Assembly (NCBI GenBank): GCA_022703585.1
Contig: JAKLDJ010000001.1
Location: 740,006 to 804,005, forward strand
Length of the DNA stretch: 64,000 nucleotides
Direction: 5' to 3'
Origin: Candidatus Omnitrophota bacterium
Lineage (GTDB): Bacteria > Omnitrophota > Gorgyraeia > Zapsychrales > JAKLDJ01
In this document: positions 44,500-53,684 of the stretch, piece after piece
How the letters are laid out: each line of letters opens with the position of its first letter
Numbering within the stretch: the first letter of the stretch is position 1
Made by a program: the position numbers and the translations under genes
The notes under the pieces: generated by a model
The model's input: only the letters and a program-made list of their open reading frames with translations
The model's database searches: none
What the model was told of the DNA's origin: nothing

Positions 44500-45375
44500 A
44501 TGAAAAAACTCAAACTAGGTTTGCCGAAGGGAAGTCTGCAGGAAGCGACCATCAAAGTTCTTGATCATGCGGGATTTAAGGTGCGCGTTTCGGACCGCTC
44601 CTATTTTCCTTATATTGATGATGTCGAAATTGATCCCGTTTTGTTAAGGGCCCAGGAGATGTCCCGTTATGTCGAAGACGGCGCCCTGGATTGCGGGATT
44701 ACCGGCGCGGACTGGATAAAGGAGAATGGTTCTCATGTCGTGCGTCTGGCGGACTTGATGTATGCCAAGCAAAGCGCGGCCAAAGTACGCTGGGTTTTGG
44801 CGGTGCCGGAAGGTTCGGGCATTAAATCCGTTAAGGACCTTAAGGGCAAGCGCCTGGCCACCGAATTGGTGAATGTTACCAAAAATTATTTAAAGCAAAA
44901 CAAGGTTTTGGCGGATGTGGAATTCAGCTGGGGCGCGACCGAGGCCAAGGTGGCTGCGGGCTTGGTGGATGCCGTCGTGGAATTAACCGAAACCGGCAGC
45001 AGCCTGCGTGCTAACAAGCTGCGCATTGTCTCGACCGTCTGCGAGTCAACCACACAATTTATTGCCAATAAAAGTTCCGTCAAAGACCCCTGGAAGAAGC
45101 GTAAAATGGATCAGCTGGTTTTGCTTATCAAGGGGGCGATCGAGGCCGAGGGTATGGTGGGATTGAAGATGAACGTCGAGCAAAAGAACCTAAAAAAAGT
45201 TTTAAGCCTTTTAACCTCGCTTAAAAATCCGACGATTTCACCGTTAAGCCAAAAAGGATGGCTGGCTATTGAAACAGTCATTCCTGAAAGTGTTGTCCGG
45301 GCATTGATTCCCAAGCTTAAAGGGGTCGGGGCCCAGGGGATCATTGAATATTCACTTAATAAATTAATCTATTAA
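44500..45375 (+). CDS. hisG: ATP phosphoribosyltransferase, long form with C-terminal regulatory domain
   Basis: [36 protein letters not shown] and a C-terminal HisG_C-like domain. No other his genes in the window. Confidence 0.85.
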   Translation: MKKLKLGLPKGSLQEATIKVLDHAGFKVRVSDRSYFPYIDDVEIDPVLLRAQEMSRYVEDGALDCGITGADWIKENGSHVVRLADLMYAKQSAAKVRWVLAVPEGSGIKSVKDLKGKRLATELVNVTKNYLKQNKVLADVEFSWGATEAKVAAGLVDAVVELTETGSSLRANKLRIVSTVCESTTQFIANKSSVKDPWKKRKMDQLVLLIKGAIEAEGMVGLKMNVEQKNLKKVLSLLTSLKNPTISPLSQKGWLAIETVIPESVVRALIPKLKGVGAQGIIEYSLNKLIY

Positions 45376-45393
45376 CGTCACGGGGGAGGCGAC

Positions 45394-45495
45394 ATGCCTT
45401 GCGGAAGAAAAAGAAAACGTCGTAAGATCAGAACGCACAAAAGAAAAAAGCTTCGTAAGTCTCTTCGTCATTTGAAGAAGAGAGATCATAACTAA
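45394..45495 (+). CDS. 33-aa extremely basic peptide, bS22-like small ribosomal protein candidate
   Basis: MPCGRKRKRRKIRTHKRKKLRKSLRHLKKRDHN, preceded by GGGGGAGG. It resembles the mycobacterial/Bacteroidetes bS22-type 33-aa basic protein. Not in the ORF track because it is under 60 aa. Confidence 0.5.
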   Translation: MPCGRKRKRRKIRTHKRKKLRKSLRHLKKRDHN

Positions 45496-45503
45496 AGCTG
45501 AGT

Positions 45504-45550
45504 TTTGCGCAGTCCCGCACCCAGATAGCTGGGTGCGGGGCTGCGCAAAA
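45504..45550. terminator. Long hairpin TTTTGCGCAGTCCCGCACCCAGC / GCTGGGTGCGGGGCTGCGCAAAA (bidirectional intrinsic-terminator-like)
   Basis: Near-perfect 20+ bp inverted repeat flanked by T-run and A-run. It sits immediately after the small basic ORF. Confidence 0.6.
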
Positions 45551-45649
45551 TCCTCCCGAGGGGCTGCTGCACCTAACGATGTCTCTTGGCCGGTATCCGT
45601 TAGCGTCCTGGGCCAAAAGCGGGGCTGACCTTGCCGATGATCGGTGGTG

Positions 45650-45677
45650 GAAGGCAAAATTTGCCTTCTATTTTTAT
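45650..45677 (+). terminator. Intrinsic terminator: GAAGGC-AAAATTT-GCCTTC followed by TATTTTTAT
   Basis: Palindrome with a downstream U-tract, read from the sequence. Confidence 0.55.
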
Positions 45678-45735
45678 GTCTCTGGATTTTCAACACCGTA
45701 TGTCCGGTACAAATTCTGGATTAAAATAATGATTT

Positions 45736-46758
45736 ATGGTTCATTTAATGACACATTTAAGATTTAAAAAGAATATTCTAAGCCTGGGGCTGGGGGTTTG
45801 CTTATTTTCGTGCTTCTTTGTATCCGAAGCGCGGGCCGCTGAGACTGTGGCAGATCATGCGTCATTTGCCCGGGGTCTTGCCCACTATGTGATCGGGCTT
45901 ATGCATGACTGGGAAGGGGCGACCGAATGGGCTGTCGAAGAATATGCCAAGGCCTCGGAGTTTGACCGGGCCAGTTACGCCGTCCGCCTAAGGCTCGGCT
46001 CTGATTATGCACGCCTGAATAAATTTCCCGAAGCGATCCGCGAATTAAAGATTGCCGCCGAGCTGGATCCCAAGAATGTCGAACCGCATTATCTCTTGGC
46101 CCTGATTTATTCGGCGCAGGAAGATACCTTTAAGGCCACCGAAGAGTATGAAGTGGTTTTAAAACAATTGGCCTCTGATGACCCGCAGAATGTTGATATC
46201 CACGGCTATCTAGGTCAGCTTTATTATTCCCAAAAAAAATTCGATAAGGCTATTGAGGAATTTCAAAAGGTTTTCTTGCTTGACCCTAAGAATGCGGATG
46301 TCCTTTATGCCTTAGGCGCCCTTTATTCGGAAAATAAAGACAGGGACAGGGCTATCGAGTATTTCAAGAAATCTATCGAGATTGACCCCGAGCACGACGG
46401 GAGCTTAAATTCCTTAGGGTATCTGTATGCCGAAGACGGCATCAATTTGGATGAGGCCATGGAGCTTATCAACCGCGCGCTTAAAATCGACCCTGACAAC
46501 GGCGCCTACCTGGACAGCCTAGGCTGGGTTTATTACCAAAAAGGAATGTTGAAAGAGGCTCTTCGAGAACTCTTAAGAGCCGGTGAGCTTTTTAAAGACC
46601 CGGTTATTTACGATCACTTAGGCGATGTCTATTACAAACTTAACGAAAATGAAAACGCCGAGAAATACTGGAAACAATCCCTGGATTTGAAACCCGACCA
46701 AGAGGGGGTTGTTAAGAAAATCGAAGGCCTCAAAAAAGAAACCAAGGCAGCGAAGTAA
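45736..46758 (+). CDS. Secreted tetratricopeptide-repeat (TPR) protein
   Basis: Signal peptide LGLGVCLFSCFFVSEARA, then 6-7 TPR units (..YYSQKKFDKAIEEFQKVFLLDPKN..). Confidence 0.75.
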   Translation: MVHLMTHLRFKKNILSLGLGVCLFSCFFVSEARAAETVADHASFARGLAHYVIGLMHDWEGATEWAVEEYAKASEFDRASYAVRLRLGSDYARLNKFPEAIRELKIAAELDPKNVEPHYLLALIYSAQEDTFKATEEYEVVLKQLASDDPQNVDIHGYLGQLYYSQKKFDKAIEEFQKVFLLDPKNADVLYALGALYSENKDRDRAIEYFKKSIEIDPEHDGSLNSLGYLYAEDGINLDEAMELINRALKIDPDNGAYLDSLGWVYYQKGMLKEALRELLRAGELFKDPVIYDHLGDVYYKLNENENAEKYWKQSLDLKPDQEGVVKKIEGLKKETKAAK

Positions 46759-46778
46759 CCTCTTAATTTTCTACTTTC

Positions 46779-47711
46779 ATGAATAGCATTCGCCTCAAGT
46801 CTCCCGCCAAGCTTAACCTCTATTTAAAGGTTATTAATAAAAGAAAAGACGGTTATCATAACCTGGTGACGGTTTTTGAACGGATAAATCTTTGCGATGA
46901 TATCAAAATGACCGCCAATACGACCGGGGCTATCCGTATCCGCTCAAATAATTCCGAATTACCTACGGGACCCAAGAATCTTATTTACCGGGTGGCTAAG
47001 CTCTTGCAGAAAGAATTCTCGGTCTTCTTAGGGGTGGATGTGGCAATAACCAAGCGTATTCCTATCGCGGCAGGATTAGGCGGCGGTTCCAGCAATGCCG
47101 CGACCGCCCTTTTGGGGCTGAATAAAATATGGAATCTTCATTTAAACATCCGGCAGCTGGCGGCCTTAGGAGAGAGAATCGGCAGCGATGTGCCGTTTTT
47201 TCTTTATGATTACAATTGGGCGCTGGGAGTTGAGCGCGGTAACAAGATACAAAAGCTTCCTAGTCAAAGAAAATTGTGGCATATCCTGGTTGTCCCACGC
47301 ATAAAAGTCTATTCCGGGGAAGTATTTGGGGCGCTTAAGCTTCCCGCGGGGCCATTTTTAGCCCCGGCAACCTCCCCCAAAAGCCCTCTAAAAGGCATCT
47401 CCGGGGCCCCGACGAATATATTGACAAAGGCCAGGGATGATGTTAATATTCTTACTCGCGCTTTAAGGAAAGATGACTTACTTCGAATCGGTAGTCTTCT
47501 CTCGAATGACCTGGAGACAACTATTGTGCGGCTCCACCCAAACCTGTCTAAGATCAAGAATAAACTGAAGATTTTAAAGGCGGTGGGCGTTGTTTTTTCA
47601 GGCAGCGGCCCTGCTGTGTTTGGCCTGGCGGAATCATCAAGGCAAGCCCATGCGCTTAAGGCAATCCTGAGCAAAAAGTACGCTCAAGTTTTTGCCGTTT
47701 GTACTCTTTAA
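46779..47711 (+). CDS. ispE: 4-diphosphocytidyl-2-C-methyl-D-erythritol kinase
   Basis: PAKLNLYLKVINKRKDGYHNL, PIAAGLGGGSSNAAT (GHMP kinase motif). Confidence 0.88.
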   Translation: MNSIRLKSPAKLNLYLKVINKRKDGYHNLVTVFERINLCDDIKMTANTTGAIRIRSNNSELPTGPKNLIYRVAKLLQKEFSVFLGVDVAITKRIPIAAGLGGGSSNAATALLGLNKIWNLHLNIRQLAALGERIGSDVPFFLYDYNWALGVERGNKIQKLPSQRKLWHILVVPRIKVYSGEVFGALKLPAGPFLAPATSPKSPLKGISGAPTNILTKARDDVNILTRALRKDDLLRIGSLLSNDLETTIVRLHPNLSKIKNKLKILKAVGVVFSGSGPAVFGLAESSRQAHALKAILSKKYAQVFAVCTL

Positions 47712-47725
47712 AAGGAGGGACAGCG

Positions 47726-48160
47726 ATGGAGATAACCGAGATTAGGGTGTTTTTAAAGGAGGGCCAGGACAAGAAACTTAAAGGCTATGCGACGGTAACA
47801 TTCGACAATGTCTTTGTCGTCAGAAATATAAAGGTTATTCAAGGCTCGACGGGGCTCTTCATTGCGATGCCCTCGAGGAAGTTGAAATCCGCATGTCCCA
47901 AATGCAGTTTTAAAAACGAGGCAGGCAGCAAATTTTGTAATAAATGCGGGGGTAGTTTGCCGGTGCAGGAAAAGCCGGTTACCCCGATAGAGATGGTTAC
48001 CAGTGAATCGGAGCACCGGGATATCGCCCATCCGGTGACCCAGCAGTTTAGGGAATATTTACAGAAAAAAATCCTGGATGCCTACCAGAAAGAAGTGGCC
48101 AATCCTTCGAAGGCGGGGCCGGCAGCGCATCTTTCCAAAGGCAGTCATCCGGACGAATAA
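47726..48160 (+). CDS. spoVG: SpoVG-family protein with C-terminal zinc-ribbon extension
   Basis: MEITEIRVFLKEGQDKKLKGYATVTFDNVFVVRNIKVI is the SpoVG core. It is followed by CPKCSFKNE..CNKCGG and a ~60-aa tail. AGGAGGG ribosome-binding site. Confidence 0.8.
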   Translation: MEITEIRVFLKEGQDKKLKGYATVTFDNVFVVRNIKVIQGSTGLFIAMPSRKLKSACPKCSFKNEAGSKFCNKCGGSLPVQEKPVTPIEMVTSESEHRDIAHPVTQQFREYLQKKILDAYQKEVANPSKAGPAAHLSKGSHPDE

Positions 48161-48184
48161 GCCCGGTAAATCCCTTTTCTTTAT

Positions 48185-48255
48185 TGCCCGGTGGTGTAAT
48201 GGTAACACACGAGAATTTGGATCTCGTTTTCCAGGTTCGAGTCCTGGCTGGGCAG
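48185..48255 (+). tRNA. tRNA-Gln (anticodon UUG)
   Basis: Cloverleaf read by eye: acceptor TGCCCGG/CTGGGCA, U8, D-stem GTGT/ACAC, anticodon stem CGAGA/TCTCG with loop ATTTGGA (anticodon TTG), T-arm CCAGG-TTCGAGT-CCTGG. CCA is not encoded. Confidence 0.7.
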
Positions 48256-48281
48256 CGTTTTTCGCCTGCGGCGAAAAACGC
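48255..48281 (+). terminator. Perfect 12-bp hairpin GCGTTTTTCGCC-tgc-GGCGAAAAACGC immediately 3' of the tRNA
   Basis: Read from the sequence. No U-tract, so it may be a processing or termination element. Confidence 0.4.
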
Positions 48282-48410
48282 AAGGCAATTGAAAATCAAT
48301 CAATAAGGCAACAAGGCTGGCGAAATCTTCAATTGTGGCCTATTTTTCCGTTACCCTGTTGCGTTGTTTTAAATACGGGTCTTGTTTACAGCCTAACACT
48401 TTGACATTTT

Positions 48411-49673
48411 ATGGCTAATTTTAAGGCTATTATTCTTGCCGCCGGTAAAGGCGTGCGGATGAATTCTGATCTTCCGAAAGTCTTGCACGCTGTTTGCGGC
48501 AAGCCGATGATTGATTACGTCATCGACGCGGTTCGGTCGTTGGGTTCTTTCAAAATCTATGTTGTCCTGGGCCACCAAAGCGAAGCGGTCAAGCAGCACC
48601 TCGGCAAAGATATTGAAGCGGTGATTCAAAAAAAGCTTTTGGGGACCGCCGATGCGATACGAAGCGCGCAGCATCATTTTAAGGGTTTTAGGGGCGATGT
48701 CTTGGTCGTCTGCGGCGATACGCCGCTTTTAAAGGCAGAGACACTCAAAGCCCTGGTTAAGGCCCACAGGGCGTCAAAAGCCGCCTGTACGTTTTTGACG
48801 GCTGAGGCCGATAATCCCTTTGGTTACGGACGGGTTATTCGTGATGGCGAAGGCGATGTGACCGCGATATGCGAAGAAAAAGATTTGACCGAAGATCAAA
48901 AAGATATTCGCGAGATTAATGTCGGGACGTATTGTTTTAAATCCGAAGATTTGTTTGGGGTAGTCAAGGCGATTAAGCTTAACAAGAAGAAAAACGAGTT
49001 TTACCTAACGGATATTATCGATATGCTGGCGAAGGAAGGAAAGAAAATCAGGACACTCAAGGCGCAGGGTTTAGCCGAAGGGCTGGGCATCAATACCCGT
49101 GAAGATTTAAGTCGGGCCGGCGCTGTTTTGCGCAAAAGAATTTTAAAGAAATTTATGAATGAAGGTGTTACAATCATCGATCCGGAAACAACCTACATCG
49201 ATTGCAATGTTAAAATCGGCCGGGACACGGTGATTTTTCCGTGCACCATGATCGAAGGCGATGTTGTAATCGGAAAAAAATGTCTGATCGGGCCGTTTTG
49301 CCATCTGCGCCCGGGTGCGCGTATCGGCAATACAGTCGAGGTTAGGAACTTTACCGAAGTTTCACGGGCTACAATCGGCGACAATTGTTTTATGAAGCAT
49401 TTTAGTTTTGTGGGTGACGCTGTTATCGGAAAAAGGGTCAATATCGGCGCGGGGGTCGTAACCGCCAATTTTGACGGAAAGCAAAAAAACTTTACCCAAA
49501 TTGCGGATGATGCGTTTATCGGTTCGGATTCGATATTAGTGGCTCCTTTAAAAATCGGGAAAAAAGCGATTACGGCTGCCGGGTGTGTGGTGACTAAGAA
49601 TTCAAAAGTCCCCGCCGGGAGTATCGTTATGGGTGTGCCGGCAAAGATAAACTCAAGGAGAAAATTGCGATGA
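48411..49673 (+). CDS. glmU: Bifunctional UDP-N-acetylglucosamine pyrophosphorylase / glucosamine-1-phosphate N-acetyltransferase
   Basis: AIILAAGKGVRMNSDLPKVLH (NTP-transferase) plus C-terminal left-handed beta-helix hexapeptide repeats. Confidence 0.88.
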   Translation: MANFKAIILAAGKGVRMNSDLPKVLHAVCGKPMIDYVIDAVRSLGSFKIYVVLGHQSEAVKQHLGKDIEAVIQKKLLGTADAIRSAQHHFKGFRGDVLVVCGDTPLLKAETLKALVKAHRASKAACTFLTAEADNPFGYGRVIRDGEGDVTAICEEKDLTEDQKDIREINVGTYCFKSEDLFGVVKAIKLNKKKNEFYLTDIIDMLAKEGKKIRTLKAQGLAEGLGINTREDLSRAGAVLRKRILKKFMNEGVTIIDPETTYIDCNVKIGRDTVIFPCTMIEGDVVIGKKCLIGPFCHLRPGARIGNTVEVRNFTEVSRATIGDNCFMKHFSFVGDAVIGKRVNIGAGVVTANFDGKQKNFTQIADDAFIGSDSILVAPLKIGKKAITAAGCVVTKNSKVPAGSIVMGVPAKINSRRKLR

Positions 49674-50620
49674 ATGGTCTCATTGTCCTAAGCGGTAACG
49701 CCAATCCTAAATTAGCCGAAGAGATTTGCAAGAATTTGGATGTGACCCGGGCCGAAGTTCTGGTCGGTCGTTTCAGCGAAGGGGAAATACGAATACAGAT
49801 CAAAGAAAATATCCGCGGTAAAGATGTCTTTATTGTCCAGCCTACCTGCCCGCCGGTTAACGATAATTTGATGGAGCTTTTGATTTTGATCGATGCGGCT
49901 CGCCGCGCCTCGGCGCAGAGGATTACTGCCGTGCTGCCCTATTACGGCTATGCCCGTCAGGACAGGAAGGACCAACCGCGTGTTCCGATCACGGCAAAAC
50001 TGGTGGCCAATTTGATCGTGGCCGCCGGCGCAGACCGGGTTTTGACCATGGATTTGCATGCCAGCCAGATTCAGGGGTTTTTCGATATCCCCGTCGATCA
50101 CTTGTACGGAATCAATGTTCTTTGCGATTATTTTGCTTCCAAGAAGATCAAAAACTTGGTCATTGTCTCTCCGGATGTCGGCGGGATCAAAATGGCGCGC
50201 GCTTATGCTAAGAATTTGTCGGCAGGTCTTGCTATTGTCGATAAACGCCGTGAGAGTCCGGAAAAGACAGAGGTCATGCATATCTTAGGAAAAGTTAAGG
50301 GAATGACTGCGGTCTTGGTTGATGACCTGGTTGCAACCGGCGGGTCGGTCATTGAGGCTGTCCAGGCCCTTAAGAAAAAAGGCGTCAGCGACGTTTATGC
50401 GGCTGTTAGCCACGGTGTTCTTTCCGGCAGTGCTCTTTCGAAAATTCGTGATTGCAAGGCGCTCAAGGAATTTGTGGTGACGGACAGCATCCCCTTAAAA
50501 GACCCAGCGAAACATCCGAAAATAAAAGTCTTAAGTGTCGCTCCCCTTTTGGCGGAGGCGATTAAAAGGATCCACGGCGAAGAATCCATCAGCTGTTTAT
50601 TCGACGGAGTAAGGCGGTAA
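49670..50620 (+). CDS. prs: Ribose-phosphate pyrophosphokinase
   Basis: LARQDRKDQPRVPITAKLVANL, the PRPP-binding VLVDDLVATGGS. Confidence 0.9.
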   Translation: MNGLIVLSGNANPKLAEEICKNLDVTRAEVLVGRFSEGEIRIQIKENIRGKDVFIVQPTCPPVNDNLMELLILIDAARRASAQRITAVLPYYGYARQDRKDQPRVPITAKLVANLIVAAGADRVLTMDLHASQIQGFFDIPVDHLYGINVLCDYFASKKIKNLVIVSPDVGGIKMARAYAKNLSAGLAIVDKRRESPEKTEVMHILGKVKGMTAVLVDDLVATGGSVIEAVQALKKKGVSDVYAAVSHGVLSGSALSKIRDCKALKEFVVTDSIPLKDPAKHPKIKVLSVAPLLAEAIKRIHGEESISCLFDGVRR

Positions 50621-50668
50621 TACAAGTTAAAATACTAAAACGACTAACGAGAAGGCAGGTTTGTATCC

Positions 50669-51409
50669 ATGGAAGAAATCAAGTTAGATGTTCAGGTCAG
50701 AGAAAAAGTCGGTTCACGTAAAATCAAAAGCGTGCGCCGAGAAAATCTTATTCCTGCGGTTATTTACGGAGGCAAGGATAAGTCCACACCGATTCAAGTC
50801 GGCAGAAAAGAATTTGAGAAAATCGAACGAGCTCACCGCGGCGCCAATATCATCTTTCGTATTAACGTTATCAAAGACGAGAAAACGGTTAAGGATTATC
50901 CGGCGATCGTTAAGGAAATCCAGCATGACCCGGTGTCGGACAAAATCAAGCACATCGATTTTCATCATATTTCATTAACGGAAGAGATTGAGGTTAAGGT
51001 GCCTATCGCGGCCAAGGGCGATCCGGTTGGGGTCAAGCAGGACGGCGGTTCCCTGGATCACCTTTTGTGGGAGATCGAGGTGTCCTGTTTGCCGACGAAG
51101 ATTCCGCAAAAAATTGAAATTGACGTTTCTAATCTGAAAATCCATGATTCAATCTACGTGAAGGATCTTCCTCTCCCCGAGGGCGTTAAGACCAAGCACG
51201 ATTTGAATGCGATTGTATTTACGGTTGTTCCGCCCATGAAAGAAATAACTCCCGAAGCAGCAGCCGAAGCGGCAGCAGCTCCGACGGAACCCGAAGTTAT
51301 CCGGGAGAAGAAAGAGGAAGCGGCCAAACCTGGTGAAGCCGGCGAAAAACCGGAAGCAAAAAAGCCAGAAGCCAAGAAGGCGGAACCTAAGGAAAAAGAG
51401 GGTAAATAG
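50669..51409 (+). CDS. rplY: Ribosomal protein bL25 (general stress protein Ctc form) with A/E/K/P-rich C-terminal tail
   Basis: RREGKIPAVIYG-like NLIPAVIYGG, two-domain Ctc-length protein, low-complexity tail AAAEAAAAPTEPE...KPEAKKAEPKEKEGK. Confidence 0.85.
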   Translation: MEEIKLDVQVREKVGSRKIKSVRRENLIPAVIYGGKDKSTPIQVGRKEFEKIERAHRGANIIFRINVIKDEKTVKDYPAIVKEIQHDPVSDKIKHIDFHHISLTEEIEVKVPIAAKGDPVGVKQDGGSLDHLLWEIEVSCLPTKIPQKIEIDVSNLKIHDSIYVKDLPLPEGVKTKHDLNAIVFTVVPPMKEITPEAAAEAAAAPTEPEVIREKKEEAAKPGEAGEKPEAKKPEAKKAEPKEKEGK

Positions 51410-51411
51410 CC

Positions 51412-51999
51412 TTGTCCGAATTTCGGCTTATTGTCGGTTTGGGAAATCCCGGCAAGGATTACCAGCATACGCGGCACAATCTGGGGTTTTTGGTTGCCGA
51501 ACATCTGGCGAAACGATACAAGCTTAAATGGACGAGAAGCCTGACGGTTCGGGGCCTTGTGGCTCACGGTGTGATTGAGCAAAATAAGATTTATCTGCTT
51601 TTGCCGTCGACCTATATGAATCATTCGGGGATAGCCGTGCGGCAAATGGCGGGGAGAAAGAAAATCGCCCTCGAAAATATTCTGGTGATATGCGATGATC
51701 TCAATCTCGAGTTTGGCCAGATGCGTTTAAAACCAAAGGGCAGTGACGGCGGTCATCACGGATTGCATTCGATTGTTGAGCATATCAAAAGTAATGAGTT
51801 TACCCGCTTAAGATTGGGGATAGGGCAGCCGGCCGATAGAGAAGAGGTCGTCAATTTTGTGCTTTCTCCTTTTAGCCAGGCTGAAAAAAAGAATTTAGTA
51901 GATTTTGTCGCAAGGGCCGCGGATTGCGTTGTGGCCTGGATCCTTACGGGAACAGAAAAAACAATGGGCCAATTCAACAAAAGGAAGGTCAATGAATAA
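51412..51999 (+). CDS. pth: Peptidyl-tRNA hydrolase
   Basis: LIVGLGNPGKDYQHTRHNLGF, GGHHGLHSI. Confidence 0.9.
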   Translation: MSEFRLIVGLGNPGKDYQHTRHNLGFLVAEHLAKRYKLKWTRSLTVRGLVAHGVIEQNKIYLLLPSTYMNHSGIAVRQMAGRKKIALENILVICDDLNLEFGQMRLKPKGSDGGHHGLHSIVEHIKSNEFTRLRLGIGQPADREEVVNFVLSPFSQAEKKNLVDFVARAADCVVAWILTGTEKTMGQFNKRKVNE

Positions 52000-52285
52000 C
52001 AAGTATGAATTAGTGACAATTGTTAACGCGCATTTGGCAGCGGATGCAAAAGAGTCGATTTACAAACATGTCAATGACGCGGTAGTAAAAGGCGGTGGTA
52101 AAGTCGTCAACAGCCACGTGTGGCTGGAAAAACACAAACTCGCTTTCAATATCAAGAAAAGCGGGGAAGCTACCTATCACTTGACAAAATTCGAAGGTGA
52201 AGGAGCGGTCGTTGATAAGATCAACCAGTTGCTGCGTTTAAACGAAGAAATCTTACGTTTTGCTATTATCCGGGAAGAAGAATAA
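51992..52285 (+). CDS. rpsF: Ribosomal protein bS6
   Basis: MNNKYELVTIVNAHL...EKHKLAFNIKKSGEATY. Start is the internal ATG overlapping the pth stop (ATGAATAA). Confidence 0.85.
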   Translation: MNNKYELVTIVNAHLAADAKESIYKHVNDAVVKGGGKVVNSHVWLEKHKLAFNIKKSGEATYHLTKFEGEGAVVDKINQLLRLNEEILRFAIIREEE

Positions 52286-52329
52286 ATCCCGACGCGAACA
52301 AACGCGTCAATGACAAGGGGGAAAGAGTT

Positions 52330-52779
52330 ATGGCCAGTTTAAACAAGGTTTTATTAATCGGAAATCTAACCCGTGATCCCGAATTGCGTTATACGCCCAG
52401 CGGGATGGCGGTGACCAATTTAGGGCTTGCGGTCAACCGTAAATTTAAAAATAAAAACGGGGAATTAAAAGAAGAGACATGTTTCATTACGGTCGTATCC
52501 TGGGGCAAGCAGGCGGAGGTTTGCAATCAATATCTTCAAAAAGGGCGCCCGGTCTGCGTTGAGGGAAGGCTTCAATCCCGTTCGTGGGAAACTAAGGAAG
52601 GCCAGAAGAGGAATACTATAGAAGTCCAGGCTGAGCGGATTCAATTTCTGGGAACGGGCAAGGGCGTTGATGTAGCGGCTGCCAATGGTCCGGCTGACGA
52701 TGTCCCAGGCACAGATTTACCAGGTCAAGAAACTAAACTAGAAACAGCTTCTTGGGATGAGGAGGAGAACGTTGTTTAA
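52330..52779 (+). CDS. ssb: Single-stranded DNA-binding protein
   Basis: [34 protein letters not shown] (OB fold). The acidic C-terminal tail ends SWDEEENVV. Confidence 0.9.
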   Translation: MASLNKVLLIGNLTRDPELRYTPSGMAVTNLGLAVNRKFKNKNGELKEETCFITVVSWGKQAEVCNQYLQKGRPVCVEGRLQSRSWETKEGQKRNTIEVQAERIQFLGTGKGVDVAAANGPADDVPGTDLPGQETKLETASWDEEENVV

Positions 52780-53122
52780 GAAAAAGAAACCATTTGATAA
52801 GAAGACACCGGCGATCAGAGACGGAAGAGCAGGAAAAGACGGAAGAACTAAGAAGGACAGAAAGCCGCGGACGTCAAGGATCCGCGTGCCTGCCATTAAA
52901 TATCGCATGGCCGCTGGCACCAAAATCGACTACAAGGATTTTAATCTGTTGCAGAGATATATCACGGACAGAGGCAAGATCCTTTCTCGGCGTATCACGG
53001 GACTCACAGCCAAGCAGCAGCGGGCGCTGACCCGTTCTGTCAAAAAGGCGAGGTTTTTAGGGCTCTTAAGTATTTCGCCCGCTGCCAGGCGCCAAGCTCG
53101 CGAAGCCGCTACTTCTGTCTAA
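52757..53122 (+). CDS. rpsR: Ribosomal protein bS18 with K/R-rich N-terminal extension
   Basis: [48 protein letters not shown]. The start may instead be the in-frame TTG at 52772, which follows GGAGGAG. Confidence 0.85.
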   Translation: MRRRTLFKKKKPFDKKTPAIRDGRAGKDGRTKKDRKPRTSRIRVPAIKYRMAAGTKIDYKDFNLLQRYITDRGKILSRRITGLTAKQQRALTRSVKKARFLGLLSISPAARRQAREAATSV

Positions 53123-53181
53123 GGGTGAGCGCTTAAAAATTTAAGCCTCATTAAACTTTTTTAGTAAAGAGGAACTACGCC

Positions 53182-53631
53182 ATGACCATCGAAGTTATTT
53201 TGCTTAAAGATGTCCAGGACATAGGAAAGACCGGAGAATTGGTTAAAGTCAAAGACGGATTTGCGCGTAATTTTCTTATCCCCAAGCAAATGGCCTGCCA
53301 GGCTACGAGCGCTAATTTGCAGAGGATTGCCCAGGAGAAGACAAAAAAAGCGGCCCTGGAAGAGAAAAACAAAAAGCAAGCCGAAGAACTCGCCGCAAAA
53401 TTGGCCAAGGTAGCCTGTTCGGTAGCAGTGGAGGTTAACGATCTTGAAAAACTCTACGGCTCTGTCAGTGATCTTGATATCGTCCGGGCGCTTGAGCTGG
53501 AAGGTTATTCGATTGACAAAAAATCTATTATCTTAGAAAAACCCATAGAAGAATTGGGGATCTATGAGGTCGGTATTAAACTTCATCCCGAGGTAACCGC
53601 CAAGCTAAGGCTCTGGGTTACCAAAAAGTAG
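53182..53631 (+). CDS. rplI: Ribosomal protein bL9
   Basis: MTIEVILLKDVQDIGKTGELVKVKDGFARNFLIPKQMA. Confidence 0.9.
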   Translation: MTIEVILLKDVQDIGKTGELVKVKDGFARNFLIPKQMACQATSANLQRIAQEKTKKAALEEKNKKQAEELAAKLAKVACSVAVEVNDLEKLYGSVSDLDIVRALELEGYSIDKKSIILEKPIEELGIYEVGIKLHPEVTAKLRLWVTKK

Positions 53632-53684
53632 ATTTTTGTATCTCAAACGTTTGTTCATTTTGAAAAGAAATATTATCTTTACGC

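Noticed and set aside
45579-45767. 62-aa plus-strand ORF spanning the second terminator
   Set aside because: It crosses a canonical intrinsic terminator hairpin and its U-tract, and has no ribosome-binding site. It is unlikely to be translated.
48150-48420. Integrated mobile element at tRNA-Gln
   Set aside because: There is no integrase, no direct repeat of the tRNA 3' end, and flanking genes (spoVG, glmU) are in conserved housekeeping synteny.
49712-50281. 189-aa minus-strand ORF inside prs
   Set aside because: Antisense to the highly conserved PRPP synthetase gene. Shadow ORF.
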